DNA from: an uncultured delta proteobacterium | GTDB taxonomy: Bacteria > Myxococcota_A > Polyangia > Palsa-1104 | Length of the DNA: 64,000 nucleotides | Assembly (NCBI GenBank): GCA_963785725.1 | Contig: CAWAWS010000007.1 | Location: 640,001-704,000, forward strand | Reading direction: 5' to 3' | Part shown: piece by piece, positions 50,385 through 58,557 of the stretch | How the letters are laid out: each line of letters opens with the position of its first letter | Numbering within the stretch: the first letter of the stretch is position 1 | Made by a program: the position numbers and the translations under genes | Notes under the pieces: generated by a model | What the model was told of the DNA's origin: nothing | Seen by the model: only the letters and a program-made list of their open reading frames with translations | The model's database searches: none

Positions 50385-50579
50385 ATGACTCGTCAAGAGT
50401 GGTTCCTGCAATACCAGATGGAGATGAGCATGCGGATGGCCGCGCAGAATGGCCGGCTCCTTCCCGAGCAGAGCGCCTTGGTTGCGAAGGCCGCGGAGTT
50501 CGTGTCATCGGGCGATTCCAACCCGCCCAAGAGCTTCGACGCATGGACCGCTGACTTTGACCGTTGGCGGAAGCGCTGA
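50385..50579 (+). CDS. small hypothetical protein
   Basis: 64-aa ORF with protein-like composition inside the island. Confidence 0.35.
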   Translation: MTRQEWFLQYQMEMSMRMAAQNGRLLPEQSALVAKAAEFVSSGDSNPPKSFDAWTADFDRWRKR

Positions 50580-50661
50580 TGCTGGACGCGCGCGCAGCGG
50601 CAACGTGTCGCAGGCGAAGTGCGTGGTCCGGTGCGATGATTCGACACGGGAGGTGGCGAGC

Positions 50662-50958
50662 ATGGCCGAGCTTGGTATTCCAGGGGTGGCAACGCCGACG
50701 GGACAATTTGAGGAGATTTGGGTGGCAATAGCTGTCGGCGCTTGCTGGGGCGCCTATGCGGCCATGGTCGCGGCAGTCATCCAATCCAAGGCGAGAATGT
50801 CGCCGGACGTGCGCCGCGGAAAATTCTCGATCATCGCCTCGCAGATCGGCGGGCGTTTGCCGGATGGTCGCGTGAAGCAGGAATTCAAGAAACAGATAGA
50901 CGCTGCGCTCGCGGATATCGAAAAGTTTACAGACCGCGACGTCACCGACGAGGCCTAA
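50662..50958 (+). CDS. small single-TM hypothetical protein
   Basis: GGGAGG RBS; hydrophobic 'IWVAIAVGACWGAYAAMVAAVI'. Confidence 0.45.
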   Translation: MAELGIPGVATPTGQFEEIWVAIAVGACWGAYAAMVAAVIQSKARMSPDVRRGKFSIIASQIGGRLPDGRVKQEFKKQIDAALADIEKFTDRDVTDEA

Positions 50959-50965
50959 TTATCGC

Positions 50966-51841
50966 TCACACCGTTCGCACGACCCAAGGCCCGACGCTCG
51001 GCACCGTCTCGATCGCGACGAGCCCCGACACCGACGCCAACGTCGACACCGACCCGCCATAGAACGTCAACCCGCCGCCGGTGAACCACGCCTCACCATT
51101 AGCGGCGACGGCGAGCGCGTACGTGTTGGGATCGGGCGTCGTCGTCGGCGTCGAGTATCCGACGAGGCCCGCGACCGCGCGCGCCGTCGACGGGTACACG
51201 CTCCCGCCGGAGTTGATTGTCGTACCGTCGGTCGTAATGACGCCGGCCGTCCACCCCTGGCCGATGCCACTGTTGAACAGCACGGTCGCGCCGGGCACGG
51301 CGTCGGCGAGCGTCGCGAGCGTCAACGTCATCGAGCCGAGCGGCACTGATACTGGCGGCCCGAAGTAGCCGTCGACGTACGAGTAGACGTTTGCGCCTGC
51401 GGGGAGGCCAGTGGCGGTGTAGGGTGCGCGCGGCGCCAAGGGCGGGATCGTGAACGTGGCGCCGAGCGGAAAAGTCGTGTTCTGAAACGACAGCGTCGTC
51501 GGCGTGCCCGTAATCGCCAACGTCCACACCGGGAGATTCGGCGAGAACAATGACGACGTGAATGGCCCTTGGACTGAGCCGCCGTCGACGGTGTAGCTCG
51601 CCGCCATCATACCGATAGGCCCGCCAGTGGCGATGGTGACGACAATCGTGTGATTGCACGTCGCCGGCACGAGCTGGCCTGTCCCCGGCGCGCCGTAGAA
51701 CGAGAACATGCCGCCGCTATTCGCCGCCGATTGCCAGCCCGGGAACTGCGCGTTGAGCTGCGCCAGCAGCGCCGAGGGCAGCAGCACACAGGGAGTCGTC
51801 GACGCGAGCCCGGTTCCGCCGGGAACGATGCGGTAGCTCAC
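50966..51841 (-). CDS. Gly/Thr-rich beta protein, possible phage structural/tail protein (may be 5'-truncated)
   Basis: Composition and 'VVTIATGG.IG....SYTVDGG' resemble virion beta-sandwich proteins. Confidence 0.45.
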   Translation of the reverse strand: MSYRIVPGGTGLASTTPCVLLPSALLAQLNAQFPGWQSAANSGGMFSFYGAPGTGQLVPATCNHTIVVTIATGGPIGMMAASYTVDGGSVQGPFTSSLFSPNLPVWTLAITGTPTTLSFQNTTFPLGATFTIPPLAPRAPYTATGLPAGANVYSYVDGYFGPPVSVPLGSMTLTLATLADAVPGATVLFNSGIGQGWTAGVITTDGTTINSGGSVYPSTARAVAGLVGYSTPTTTPDPNTYALAVAANGEAWFTGGGLTFYGGSVSTLASVSGLVAIETVPSVGPWVVRTV

Positions 51842-52501
51842 GTTTACCCCGACGTAGGCGGCCCGCCGGTCAACGTCGATCGGTGGCCTGACACGCAGGC
51901 CAAGAACCGCGCTTTTGCAATCTTCGAGCGATTGAGCGTGGCGACCTTCGACGGGACCGAAGCAGAGCGCGACGGGGTGCCATACCTGCGATTCACGCCC
52001 GAGGCGCAAGAGCTGTTTAACGTCTGGTACGGCGACCTAAGAAATCAGCTCTACCGGGGCAACGACGAATCGGTCATCACCGCGCACCTGTCCAAGTTTA
52101 GCAGCCTCATGCCGTCGCTGGCGCTGATCTTCCATCTAGCCGACGGCGCGTGGGCTGACGCGGTCGGTGGCGCTGTCAGCGGTGGCGCCGCTGCGCTCGC
52201 GGTCCGCTGGTGCGCGCTACTCGAGGCGCACGCACGGCGCGTCTACCAAGTCGTTACAGAGCGAACACAAGGCGCCGCGCGCCAACTCGCGGCGAAGATT
52301 CGCGCAGGCAAGCTGCTCACCGGCTTCACATTGCGCGAGATCCAGCGCAAGGACTGTTCGGGGCTCATCGAACACGACGACGTCGATCGCGCGCTCGGGT
52401 TGCTGGAGGAATACGGTTGGCTGAGGAGCTATAGCGTCGCAACGGGCGGTCGCCCAACGACGCGTTACTCAATCAACCCAGCATTGCCGGTGCAACTGTG
52501 A
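51842..52501 (+). pseudogene. C-terminal fragment of a DUF3987/YfjI primase-associated helicase-like protein
   Basis: 'VYPD....VDRWPD..AK.RA..IF', 'LRFTPEAQELF..W', 'AHLSKF.SL.PSLALIFHL', 'LEAHARRVY', 'GGRPT..Y.INP'; N-terminal half absent. Confidence 0.7.
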
Positions 52502-52533
52502 AACGAGTTGTGCTCCATCTCGCCGGCGACGCA

Positions 52534-53130
52534 CTACAAGCAACCAGGCTGATCGGGGCGAGGAATCGTGACGAGCGGGATCTTACCGACGATCTTGGAT
52601 ACGTCATTGAACAGGTGGTGCAGGCCGAAGACGGCAAGGACGACGACGGCCTTTGCATCCGATTCGGTTCGCTCGAGCGTTCCGAAAGTGCTCGCGCCGC
52701 CGACGTCCTTCATGACGAGGTCGAGGTACTGGTACAGCTTCTCAATTCGAGCAAACGGTTTGTCGGTAGTGACGTCGATGTTGACACGATGGGCGAGTTG
52801 ATTCCGAAGATCACGCAATCCGTCAAGCGCGTCCGCTTCGAGCGTTCGGATGATGCCAACAAGGCTCGCAAGCTGAATGCGCGCCGAGAATGTGCCGACC
52901 GGAGCGTTTGCGTTGCCGTCGAGACCCAAGAATTTCTCAATTGCTTTGGGCTCTCCGACGAGGCGTTGCGCAAGCATTTCTGCCAGCGCTGCATCGAGAC
53001 CAGCGCCGCCAATGATGACGGCTTCGCGCACGCTGAGTCGTTGCATCTCGTTGATAGATTCCATTGCGGACAACCCATCGGCCCCGGCGAAAAAGGGCAT
53101 GACATCCGTCGACCATTTTTCCATTCGCAT
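52534..53130 (-). CDS. MtlR/MltR-like HEPN-fold protein
   Basis: 'REAVIIGGA.LD..L..ML', 'PVGTFSARI.LA..VGII', 'LRDLRNQLAH'; AAGGAGG RBS. Confidence 0.7.
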   Translation of the reverse strand: MRMEKWSTDVMPFFAGADGLSAMESINEMQRLSVREAVIIGGAGLDAALAEMLAQRLVGEPKAIEKFLGLDGNANAPVGTFSARIQLASLVGIIRTLEADALDGLRDLRNQLAHRVNIDVTTDKPFARIEKLYQYLDLVMKDVGGASTFGTLERTESDAKAVVVLAVFGLHHLFNDVSKIVGKIPLVTIPRPDQPGCL

Positions 53131-53291
53131 CGCTGCCTCCTTCGAAATCTTCGCACGTATCCGAATAGGTCAGCGACGGTGAATGCAAATTATACTTGCA
53201 TTGAAAAACATTTATTGCTAGGTGTATTGGTAAGATGACTGCCAGAAATGTTTCCGGGACGGCGGCAGCGACGGTAAAGTTAGGACCGTCG

Positions 53292-53504
53292 ATGCCTCGT
53301 AAACCTAAGCGCGTCAAAGCTGGCGCCACAGGGACCGTGCACCTGTCCTTCATCGTTGAAGCTGACCTCGTGCGCGTCGTCGACGAAGAGTCAGAGCGCA
53401 TGAAGGCCGAGGACGACTACGGCCGTACCGTGAGCCGCACTGATACCGTGCGGTCGCTGATCAAAGACGGCCTAAAGTACCGCGCCGAAAAGCGCGGCAA
53501 GTAG
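53292..53504 (+). CDS. ribbon-helix-helix-like DNA-binding protein
   Basis: 'VHLSFIVEADLVRVVD...VSRTDTVRSLIKDGL'. Confidence 0.6.
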   Translation: MPRKPKRVKAGATGTVHLSFIVEADLVRVVDEESERMKAEDDYGRTVSRTDTVRSLIKDGLKYRAEKRGK

Positions 53505-53510
53505 TTTCTC

Positions 53511-53620
53511 GCCGTCGGCCTCCCGACGGCTATAGCACCTCGCGACTCACTTCAAGTCGCGAAAATAACTGCGCCCGTCGATCCCCTTTCAGCTTGGCGG
53601 CGGAAGGGACGGACGGGCGC
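53511..53620 (+). promoter_or_regulatory. three consecutive stem-loops (structured leader/terminator region)
   Basis: GCCGTCGG/CCGACGGC, TCGCGACT/AGTCGCGA and GCGCCCGTC/GACGGGCGC. Confidence 0.55.
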
Positions 53621-53634
53621 GAAGGAGCAAGCCC

Positions 53635-53790
53635 ATGCTATGCACAGGCTACAGCTACGTCAATGTTTCAGAGGTCCCTCCCGTCGACGAATTTGAAGAC
53701 GAGCCCACGCGCCCCGATCTGCTCGCGGCGCTGCCGATGGCGGCGATCGTATTCGGCGCGGCGAACGACGACGCGGTCGTGCGCTCGTGA
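53635..53790 (+). CDS. 51-aa hypothetical protein
   Basis: AAGGAG RBS; MLCTGYSYVNVSEVPPVDEFEDEPTRPDLLAALPMAAIVFGAANDDAVVRS*. Confidence 0.45.
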   Translation: MLCTGYSYVNVSEVPPVDEFEDEPTRPDLLAALPMAAIVFGAANDDAVVRS

Positions 53791-53801
53791 AGGTGGCTCA
53801 A

Positions 53802-54080
53802 ATGAGTCGCCCTTGCGACATGACGGCGCTATCGCTCCACGTCGAGCGGGCCCACGCGATCGTCGACCTACTCTACGAGAGTCTCGTCGATTCGTCTGCC
53901 GTCGGACTGGAGACGACGCGATCCCTCGACGCGATCGGCGCGCTGCTTGGCTATGCAGAAGACGAGCTGGCGCGACACGCGCAGGACGAACTCGCGAAGG
54001 ACGCGGCAGCGGTGGAGGCGGAACAAGCGCGGGTTGAGGCCCACATCGCAGCAGAGCGCAAGCGCCAGGTGCGCCGATGA
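53802..54080 (+). CDS. helical hypothetical protein
   Basis: AAGGTGG upstream; ATGA overlap with the next gene. Confidence 0.5.
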   Translation: MSRPCDMTALSLHVERAHAIVDLLYESLVDSSAVGLETTRSLDAIGALLGYAEDELARHAQDELAKDAAAVEAEQARVEAHIAAERKRQVRR

Positions 54081-54499
54081 GCGCACTCGAGATCATGCTT
54101 GTGGCCATGCCCGACATGGCTCGTCTCGTGACGAAAAACACCTGGGAACGGCTCAGCTATGTCTTTCAGGTCGACGGACCGTCCGATCTGCACCGCAAGA
54201 TCAAAGAGCATCAGCCGGACATTGTCGTGCTCGACTGGCGGATCAGCGGCAATACGTGGCGCGTCATCGACGAGGTACCGACCATTGTCTCGAAGACGGC
54301 GACGCATCCGCTCGTGATTTTTGTCGGAGGCAGCAGCAACGAAAGCGTTGACCGTGAAGCGGCGCGCCGCTGCTGCTATGACGTCGTCGGACTTACCGAT
54401 AATTCCAATTGGGCGTCTGAAGTCGCCCAAGCCATCGGGTGCGCAGCTCAGAACCGTTGGCGGGCGTCCGACGGGACGCACGAATGGACCTTGCACTAG
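54077..54499 (+). CDS. receiver-like domain protein
   Basis: 'HQPDIVVLDW', 'PLVIFV', 'REAARRCCYDVV'. Confidence 0.55.
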   Translation: MSALEIMLVAMPDMARLVTKNTWERLSYVFQVDGPSDLHRKIKEHQPDIVVLDWRISGNTWRVIDEVPTIVSKTATHPLVIFVGGSSNESVDREAARRCCYDVVGLTDNSNWASEVAQAIGCAAQNRWRASDGTHEWTLH

Positions 54500-54561
54500 T
54501 CACCGAGCGCGCCGCACCAGCTCGGGCGGCGCCGCTTTTACCTTTTGCAGGGAGCCGATTC

Positions 54562-55782
54562 ATGGGCGATGAGCCGAAACCGAAACGCGGCGATCGTGGC
54601 ATCGTCCGCCGCCGCGGCCACTTTTATCTGCGCTACGTCGACGTCGACGGCGTGCGCCGCACGAAGCTCGCTCGCGGTGTCACCACAATCGTCGACGCGC
54701 GCGCCGTGCTCGCCAAGATCGAGGAGCGCGTCACCAAGGGGCTCGTCGGCATCGAGGAGCGCACCGAGGAGACGCGGCAGCGCGCGACGCTGACGATCCG
54801 CGAGCTCTTCGACAAGTTCATGACCGACTACTCGCCGCCGCGCGTAAAGAACCTCGACGAGTATCGCAACCAGACGCGCAGCGTCTTCAGCACGCGCGTC
54901 CTGCCAACGCTCGGCTCGCGGCCGGCGGTGAGCCTGACCAACCGCGACGTCGAGCGGCTGCGAGACGGCCTCATCGCCGACACCTACGCCGCCGGCTCGG
55001 TCGCCTGGACAATGGCGCGGCTATCGAAGCTGTACGCCTGGGGCAACGCGCAGAAGCTGATCGACTGCCGCAGCCCCGTGACTGGCGTCGAGTATCCGGT
55101 CGCCCTGAGCCTGCTCGACTACCTGCGCCGCGAGGAGGTGACGGCTCTGCTCGGCTGGCTCGACACCAACGAAGCCAAGCTCGAGGCGCGCACGCTGCAG
55201 CAGGTGCGCCCGATGATCTGGACCGGCCTCTACACCGGCCTGCGAAAAGGCGAGCTGCTCGGCTTGAGGTGGATCGACGTCCACCTCGACGCGATGCGCA
55301 TCGACGTGAACCGCTCCTACCTCGGCCTACCGAAGTCGGGCAAGCCGCGCTACCTGCCGCTGCACCCTGACCTGGCGCCCATCCTGCGCGCGTGGCGTGA
55401 GCGCCAGACGCAGCTGCAGGCCGCAGAGGACAGCGGGCTTGTGTTCCCCGCCCACTACCCCGGCGAGGGCTGGAAGATGGGCGAGAGGCGCCACACGTTC
55501 GGCCTGCGGCAGTGGCTCAAGTGGGCCGGCTGCCACGTACCCAAGCGGCGGCCGTGGCACCTCCTGCGCCACACGTTCGCGAGCCACTTCATGATGAGCG
55601 GCGGCAACGTGCTGACGCTGCAAAAGCTGCTGGGACACAGCCGGCTCGAGACGACGCTGATCTACGCCCACCTCGCGCCCGACCACCTGGCGAGCGAAGT
55701 GGCGCGGCTGACCTTCGCGGCGAAGGCTGCTACCGTCGACAGCATAGAGGAGCAGCGGCGCCTGCGCGCCGCCGGTGGATAG
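54562..55782 (+). CDS. tyrosine recombinase/phage integrase with N-terminal arm-binding region
   Basis: 'TGLRKGELLGLRW.DV', 'PKSGK.R', 'WHLLRHTFASH', 'LQKLLGHS...TT.IYAH'; catalytic R-K-H-R-H-Y set intact. Confidence 0.95.
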   Translation: MGDEPKPKRGDRGIVRRRGHFYLRYVDVDGVRRTKLARGVTTIVDARAVLAKIEERVTKGLVGIEERTEETRQRATLTIRELFDKFMTDYSPPRVKNLDEYRNQTRSVFSTRVLPTLGSRPAVSLTNRDVERLRDGLIADTYAAGSVAWTMARLSKLYAWGNAQKLIDCRSPVTGVEYPVALSLLDYLRREEVTALLGWLDTNEAKLEARTLQQVRPMIWTGLYTGLRKGELLGLRWIDVHLDAMRIDVNRSYLGLPKSGKPRYLPLHPDLAPILRAWRERQTQLQAAEDSGLVFPAHYPGEGWKMGERRHTFGLRQWLKWAGCHVPKRRPWHLLRHTFASHFMMSGGNVLTLQKLLGHSRLETTLIYAHLAPDHLASEVARLTFAAKAATVDSIEEQRRLRAAGG

Positions 55783-55811
55783 TCGAAAATGGATACAGGA
55801 TGGATACGGCC
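55783..55811. repeat. putative integrase arm-type sites
   Basis: TCGAAAATGGATAC-N5-GGATACGGCC, matching 46985-47013. Confidence 0.7.
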
Positions 55812-55862
55812 GGCTACGCTAGAACAGTAACCGTATGAAAGGAGCGAGGAAAATGGACGATT

Positions 55863-55881
55863 TCGTCTACATATTGGCGAT
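55863..55881. repeat. att core overlapping the icd stop codon
   Basis: TCGTCTACATATTGGCGAT, identical to 46858-46876. Confidence 0.9.
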
Positions 55882-57075
55882 GATGAGGTCGCCGAACTCG
55901 CTGCACTTCACTTCGCGCGCGCCTTCCATCAAGCGCGCGAAGTCGTAGGTCACCGTCTTGTTGCCGATGCTCGTCTCGAGGCCCTTCAAGATCAGCGTCG
56001 CCGCCTCGTTCCAGCCGAGATGCTCGAGCATCATGACGCCCGAGAGCACGACCGAGCCCGGGTTGACCTTGTCCTGGTCGGCGTACTTCGGCGCCGTGCC
56101 GTGCGTGGCCTCGAACACGGCGTGGCCCGTCTTGTAGTTGATGTTGCCGCCGGGCGCGATGCCGATGCCGCCGACCTGCGCCGCCAGCGCGTCGGACAAG
56201 TAGTCGCCGTTCAAGTTCAGCGTGGCGATGACGTCGAAGTCTTCCGGCCGCGTCAACACCTGCTGCAGCGTGATGTCGGCGATGGCGTCCTTGATGACGA
56301 TGCCTTGCGGCAGCTTGACCCACGGGCCGCCGTCGAATTCGACGCCGCCGAACTCCCTCTTCGCCAGCTCGAAGCCCTAGTCGCGGAAGGCGCCCTCGGT
56401 GAACTTCATGATGTTGCCCTTGTGAACCAAGGTGACGCTCTTGCGCTTGTGGCGAATGGCGAACTCGATGGCGGCGCGAATCAAGCGCTCCGAGCCTTCG
56501 CGCGAGACCGGCTTGATGCCGATGCCCGACGTGCCCGGGAAGCGGATCTTCTTGACGCCCATCTCGTTCTCGAGGAACGCGATGACCTTCTTGGCCTCGG
56601 GCGACTCGGCGGCCCACTCGATGCCGGCGTAGATGTCCTCGGTGTTCTCGCGGAAGATGACCATGTCGACCTTCTCGGGACGCTTGACCGGCGACGGTAC
56701 GCCGGTGAAGTAGCGGACCGGGCGCAGACAGGTGTAGAGGTCGAGCATCTGGCGCAAGGCGACGTTCAACGACCGGATGCCGCCACCGACGGGCGTCGTC
56801 AACGGTCCCTTGATGCCGACCTTGTACTTCTTGAAGGCTTCGACGGTGGCGTCGGGCAGCCAGTTGTTGGTCTGCTTGAACGCCTTCTCGCCGGCGAGCA
56901 CTTCGAGCCACTGAATCTTGCGCTCGCCTTTGTAGGCCTTCTCGACGGCGGCATCGAAGACGCGCACGCTGGCGCGCCAGATGTCGCGGCCGGTGCCGTC
57001 ACCCTCGATGAACGGGATGGTGGGACGAGACGGGGTCTTCACGGTGCCGTCGGCGGCAACCTCGATCGTATCCAT
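55867..57075 (-). pseudogene. icd: NADP-dependent isocitrate dehydrogenase interrupted by one in-frame TAG at 56377-56379 (nonsense mutation or base-call error)
   Basis: '[12 protein letters not shown]', '[21 protein letters not shown]', '[18 protein letters not shown]', '[17 protein letters not shown]', '[12 protein letters not shown]'. Confidence 0.92.
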
Positions 57076-57228
57076 GAGTGCGACTCCTTTACGTTGACGC
57101 GGAGCCGGCATCTTACGGCGGTCGGCTTTGTTTGCAACCCCGAGCTAGAACGCCGAACGGTTTGAATGCCGTGCCCGCGCAGTCCGTAAATGCGCGTCGC
57201 AGTAGGCGGTGCAGCGGTTCGGGCGGGC

Positions 57229-58557
57229 TCAGGGCGTGTTGAGGAGCACCGAGACGGTCGTGCCGCTGCTGCCGCAGACGACGTCGGGATAGCCATCGCC
57301 GTTCAAGTCGGCCACGATCGGCGTGTAGCAGCCGTCGAGCACGTTGGTCGTCGCCGGCGCCTCGTAGCTGCCGCCGTGCGCGATCGAGACGGCGACGACG
57401 GGCGCCTCCGTGCCGCCGTTCGCGCAGTCGTCGGTGCAGCCGTTCGTCGTGGTCAAGACGTCGGTGGCGCCGTCGCAGTTGAAGTCGGCGAGGGCGACGG
57501 CGATGGGCAGATCTTCGACGTCGAGCTCGCTGCCGGTCGTCGGAAACGCCGGGACCTTGCTCGAGCCGCCGTTCTTGAACGACCAGACGACGCCGCTCTG
57601 GCTCGACGCCTGCGCAATGACGATGTCGAGCAGGCCGTCGTGGTCGTAGTCGGTGAGCAGCGGTGTGCTGCCTTGGAAGACGGTGCCGGACATCATGGTC
57701 GCGTCGTACGCGAGCGTCGTGATCGAATAGCCGGCGGGCGGCGCCGAGAGCAGCATCGACAGGTCCTCGGCGTCGGCATCGTAGGTGATGAAGTCGGGCG
57801 CGCCATCGCCATTGAGGTCGCCGGCGGCCGCCGACGTCGAGCCGATGCCGGCCGCGACCAGGCTGCTCTTGGCGAACGCGCCGGTCCCGTCGCCGGCATA
57901 GAGGTACATTTTGTTGCCGCCGAAGAGCGCCAGGTCGACGTCGGTGTCGCCGTTGAATTTGCCGATGAGCGGGAAGAAGTCGGCCTGCGCCGGCAGCGCC
58001 ACCGCGACCGCGGCGGCGAACTTCACCGCGCCCGGCTTGCTCTGGTTGACGTAGACGTCGACGACGGCGTTGGTGCCGTCCCAGCAGGCGATGACGAGAT
58101 CGTCGAGCCCGTCGCCGGTGAGGTCGCCGACGGCCATGTTGTTGGGCGTGGCGCAGCTCTTGATCGGCGAGGAAGCGTCGAGGGTGAAGGTGCCGTCGCC
58201 GCCGCCGCGGAGGATGCTGAAGCTGTTGCCGGTGTAGTTGGCGCTGACGATGTCGGGCTTGCCGTCGTGGTCGATGTCCGACAGCGCGGTCTCGAAGGGC
58301 TCCCCGTCGACGACGCTGGGCTGGGTGACGGTAAACTTGACGCTGCTGGTGGGCGTGCACACGCCGTTGTCGCTGCCACCGCCGCCGGCCGAGCCGCCAC
58401 CGCCGGCCGCGCCGCCACCGCCGGCCGCGCCGCCACCGGCCGAGCCGCCGCCGCCGCCGCTGCCGCCGCCGTGGCTCGTGCCCATGAGGTCGTGGCCGTC
58501 GTAAATGACCGAGCAGCCTGCCGTTGCGAGGACGAGGCCGATCGCCAGCGCGCGCAT
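57229..58557 (-). CDS. FG-GAP/VCBS repeat lipoprotein
   Basis: Lipobox 'ATAGC'; repeated 'D.NGDG.PD' motifs. Confidence 0.85.
   Translation of the reverse strand: MRALAIGLVLATAGCSVIYDGHDLMGTSHGGGSGGGGGSAGGGAAGGGGAAGGGGSAGGGGSDNGVCTPTSSVKFTVTQPSVVDGEPFETALSDIDHDGKPDIVSANYTGNSFSILRGGGDGTFTLDASSPIKSCATPNNMAVGDLTGDGLDDLVIACWDGTNAVVDVYVNQSKPGAVKFAAAVAVALPAQADFFPLIGKFNGDTDVDLALFGGNKMYLYAGDGTGAFAKSSLVAAGIGSTSAAAGDLNGDGAPDFITYDADAEDLSMLLSAPPAGYSITTLAYDATMMSGTVFQGSTPLLTDYDHDGLLDIVIAQASSQSGVVWSFKNGGSSKVPAFPTTGSELDVEDLPIAVALADFNCDGATDVLTTTNGCTDDCANGGTEAPVVAVSIAHGGSYEAPATTNVLDGCYTPIVADLNGDGYPDVVCGSSGTTVSVLLNTP

Larger units (their letters stand above)
46858..55881. mobile_element. ~9 kb integrative island inserted in the icd 3' end (tyrosine integrase; decayed phage/satellite-like)
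   Basis: 19-bp direct repeats at both ends, integrase adjacent to icd, lower-GC cargo, arm-like repeats at both inner ends. Confidence 0.88.

Noticed and set aside
46858..55881. Intact prophage or ICE
   Set aside because: No terminase, capsid, portal, relaxase or T4SS genes recognised; the replication gene is only a fragment.
56377..56379. Pyrrolysine or amber recoding in icd
   Set aside because: TAG terminates several genes in this window, no pyl genes are seen, and the position is a conserved Trp one substitution away.
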